DNA of 64,000 bases from Lingula anatina (taxonomy: Eukaryota; Animalia; Brachiopoda). Positions 63,107 through 64,000 of the stretch are shown here, piece after piece. The stretch spans positions 11,032,587-11,096,586 of the forward strand of contig CM120648.1 of the NCBI GenBank assembly GCA_051362555.1, in the 5' to 3' direction. Both the position numbers and the translations under genes were made by a program. Position 1 is the first letter of the stretch; every line of letters begins with the position of its first letter. The notes below the pieces were generated by a model that saw only the letters and a program-made list of their open reading frames with translations, made no database searches and was not told the DNA's origin.

Positions 63107-64000
63107 AGTCAAGGTCACCTTTAACTGCTATATTTATCTCTTCTTAAAACAGTATACCGTGAACTGTCAACATTGTTAACTTCACAACATCACATTTACA
63201 ACTGGACTTATTCATCCTTGTGTTAGCTGACCTTGCGAGGAAGTTAAAGCAATAATAACTCTTCCTTTGAGATTCAAAAATCCGCATGAAATACATTGTA
63301 AACAACGCATGGAAATATATTCTATTGTATTTTACCACTAAAACGGCCGTTATTGTAGGAAAACTAAAATCTGTGCTTGTCAATAGGGCTTTCGATCCCT
63401 TTTTTCCGGTCGATAAGTGCATTCGTTGCTAATGACGTAATGGTGTCACGCGGATTCTCGCGTTCATTCGAGACCAAAATAACATGGCGGGAAACCCTCA
63501 GACGTAAGTTGCGAGTTTTTGTACAGTGCGTCGGATAACGAAAAGCCCAAAACGGCACACATTGTGGATATAAATGCATTTTTAACAAAAAGACGAATAT
63601 ATCTCATGAATCTTATAAAGTGTTGTTGTTGTCTGCTTTTCCCGCGGTTTTAAGTAGGTCACCAGTGACTTTGCAATGTCAGAGAAAGCTCCGTCAGTTA
63701 AAATCTCTTAAGAGATATTAACAAAAAACCGTACGTTTAGGAAAAAAACCTTGGATTAACTTTGAATGCAGGAATGGGGTCGTTGGCCGTTGGTAAGTAC
63801 GGGAAAATCGCCGTTTTTTCCAGGAAAATCCAATTTTTGGCCAAAACGAAGAGTTATTGTGACTTTAATTTAAATGTTTTTTAATTTTGTTGTAACGGTC
63901 TTCGAATCTTTCTACAAATTATAACGTTACTATAATCTTTTTTGTTAGCTGGGACATCATTTTGCATGGAGTTAAAAACACCCATAACGTTACAATTACC

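Overview
AT-rich, intron-containing metazoan genomic DNA, most likely a marine lophotrochozoan invertebrate (inferred from gene families and transposon types, not proven). Protein genes I could reconstruct by hand: the last exon of a carbohydrate sulfotransferase, a frameshifted proteinase K-type S8 protease, two tandem EF-hand (SCP/calexcitin/aequorin-fold) genes, a 4-exon secreted PAN/Apple plus C-type lectin, a 7-exon secreted C8-like plus MAM protein, a GT-A glycosyltransferase with an uninterrupted CDS and a decayed twin, and a ~1490-aa CUB/CTLD/LDLa/LRR GRL101-like GPCR. The GPCR's single GC-AG intron holds LINE and Polinton-type polymerase debris. Tc1/mariner relics, MITEs, a Helentron-type element, micro- and minisatellites and a ~5 kb segmental repeat fill the rest. 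The most interesting signal is a 3-copy tandem array at ~3.8-7.0 kb. Each copy carries a minus-strand, ~186-nt structured RNA candidate with U6-like TATA/PSE spacing and an oligo-T terminator. All four substitutions between copies 1 and 3 preserve base pairing on that strand. It matches no Pol III RNA I recognise.
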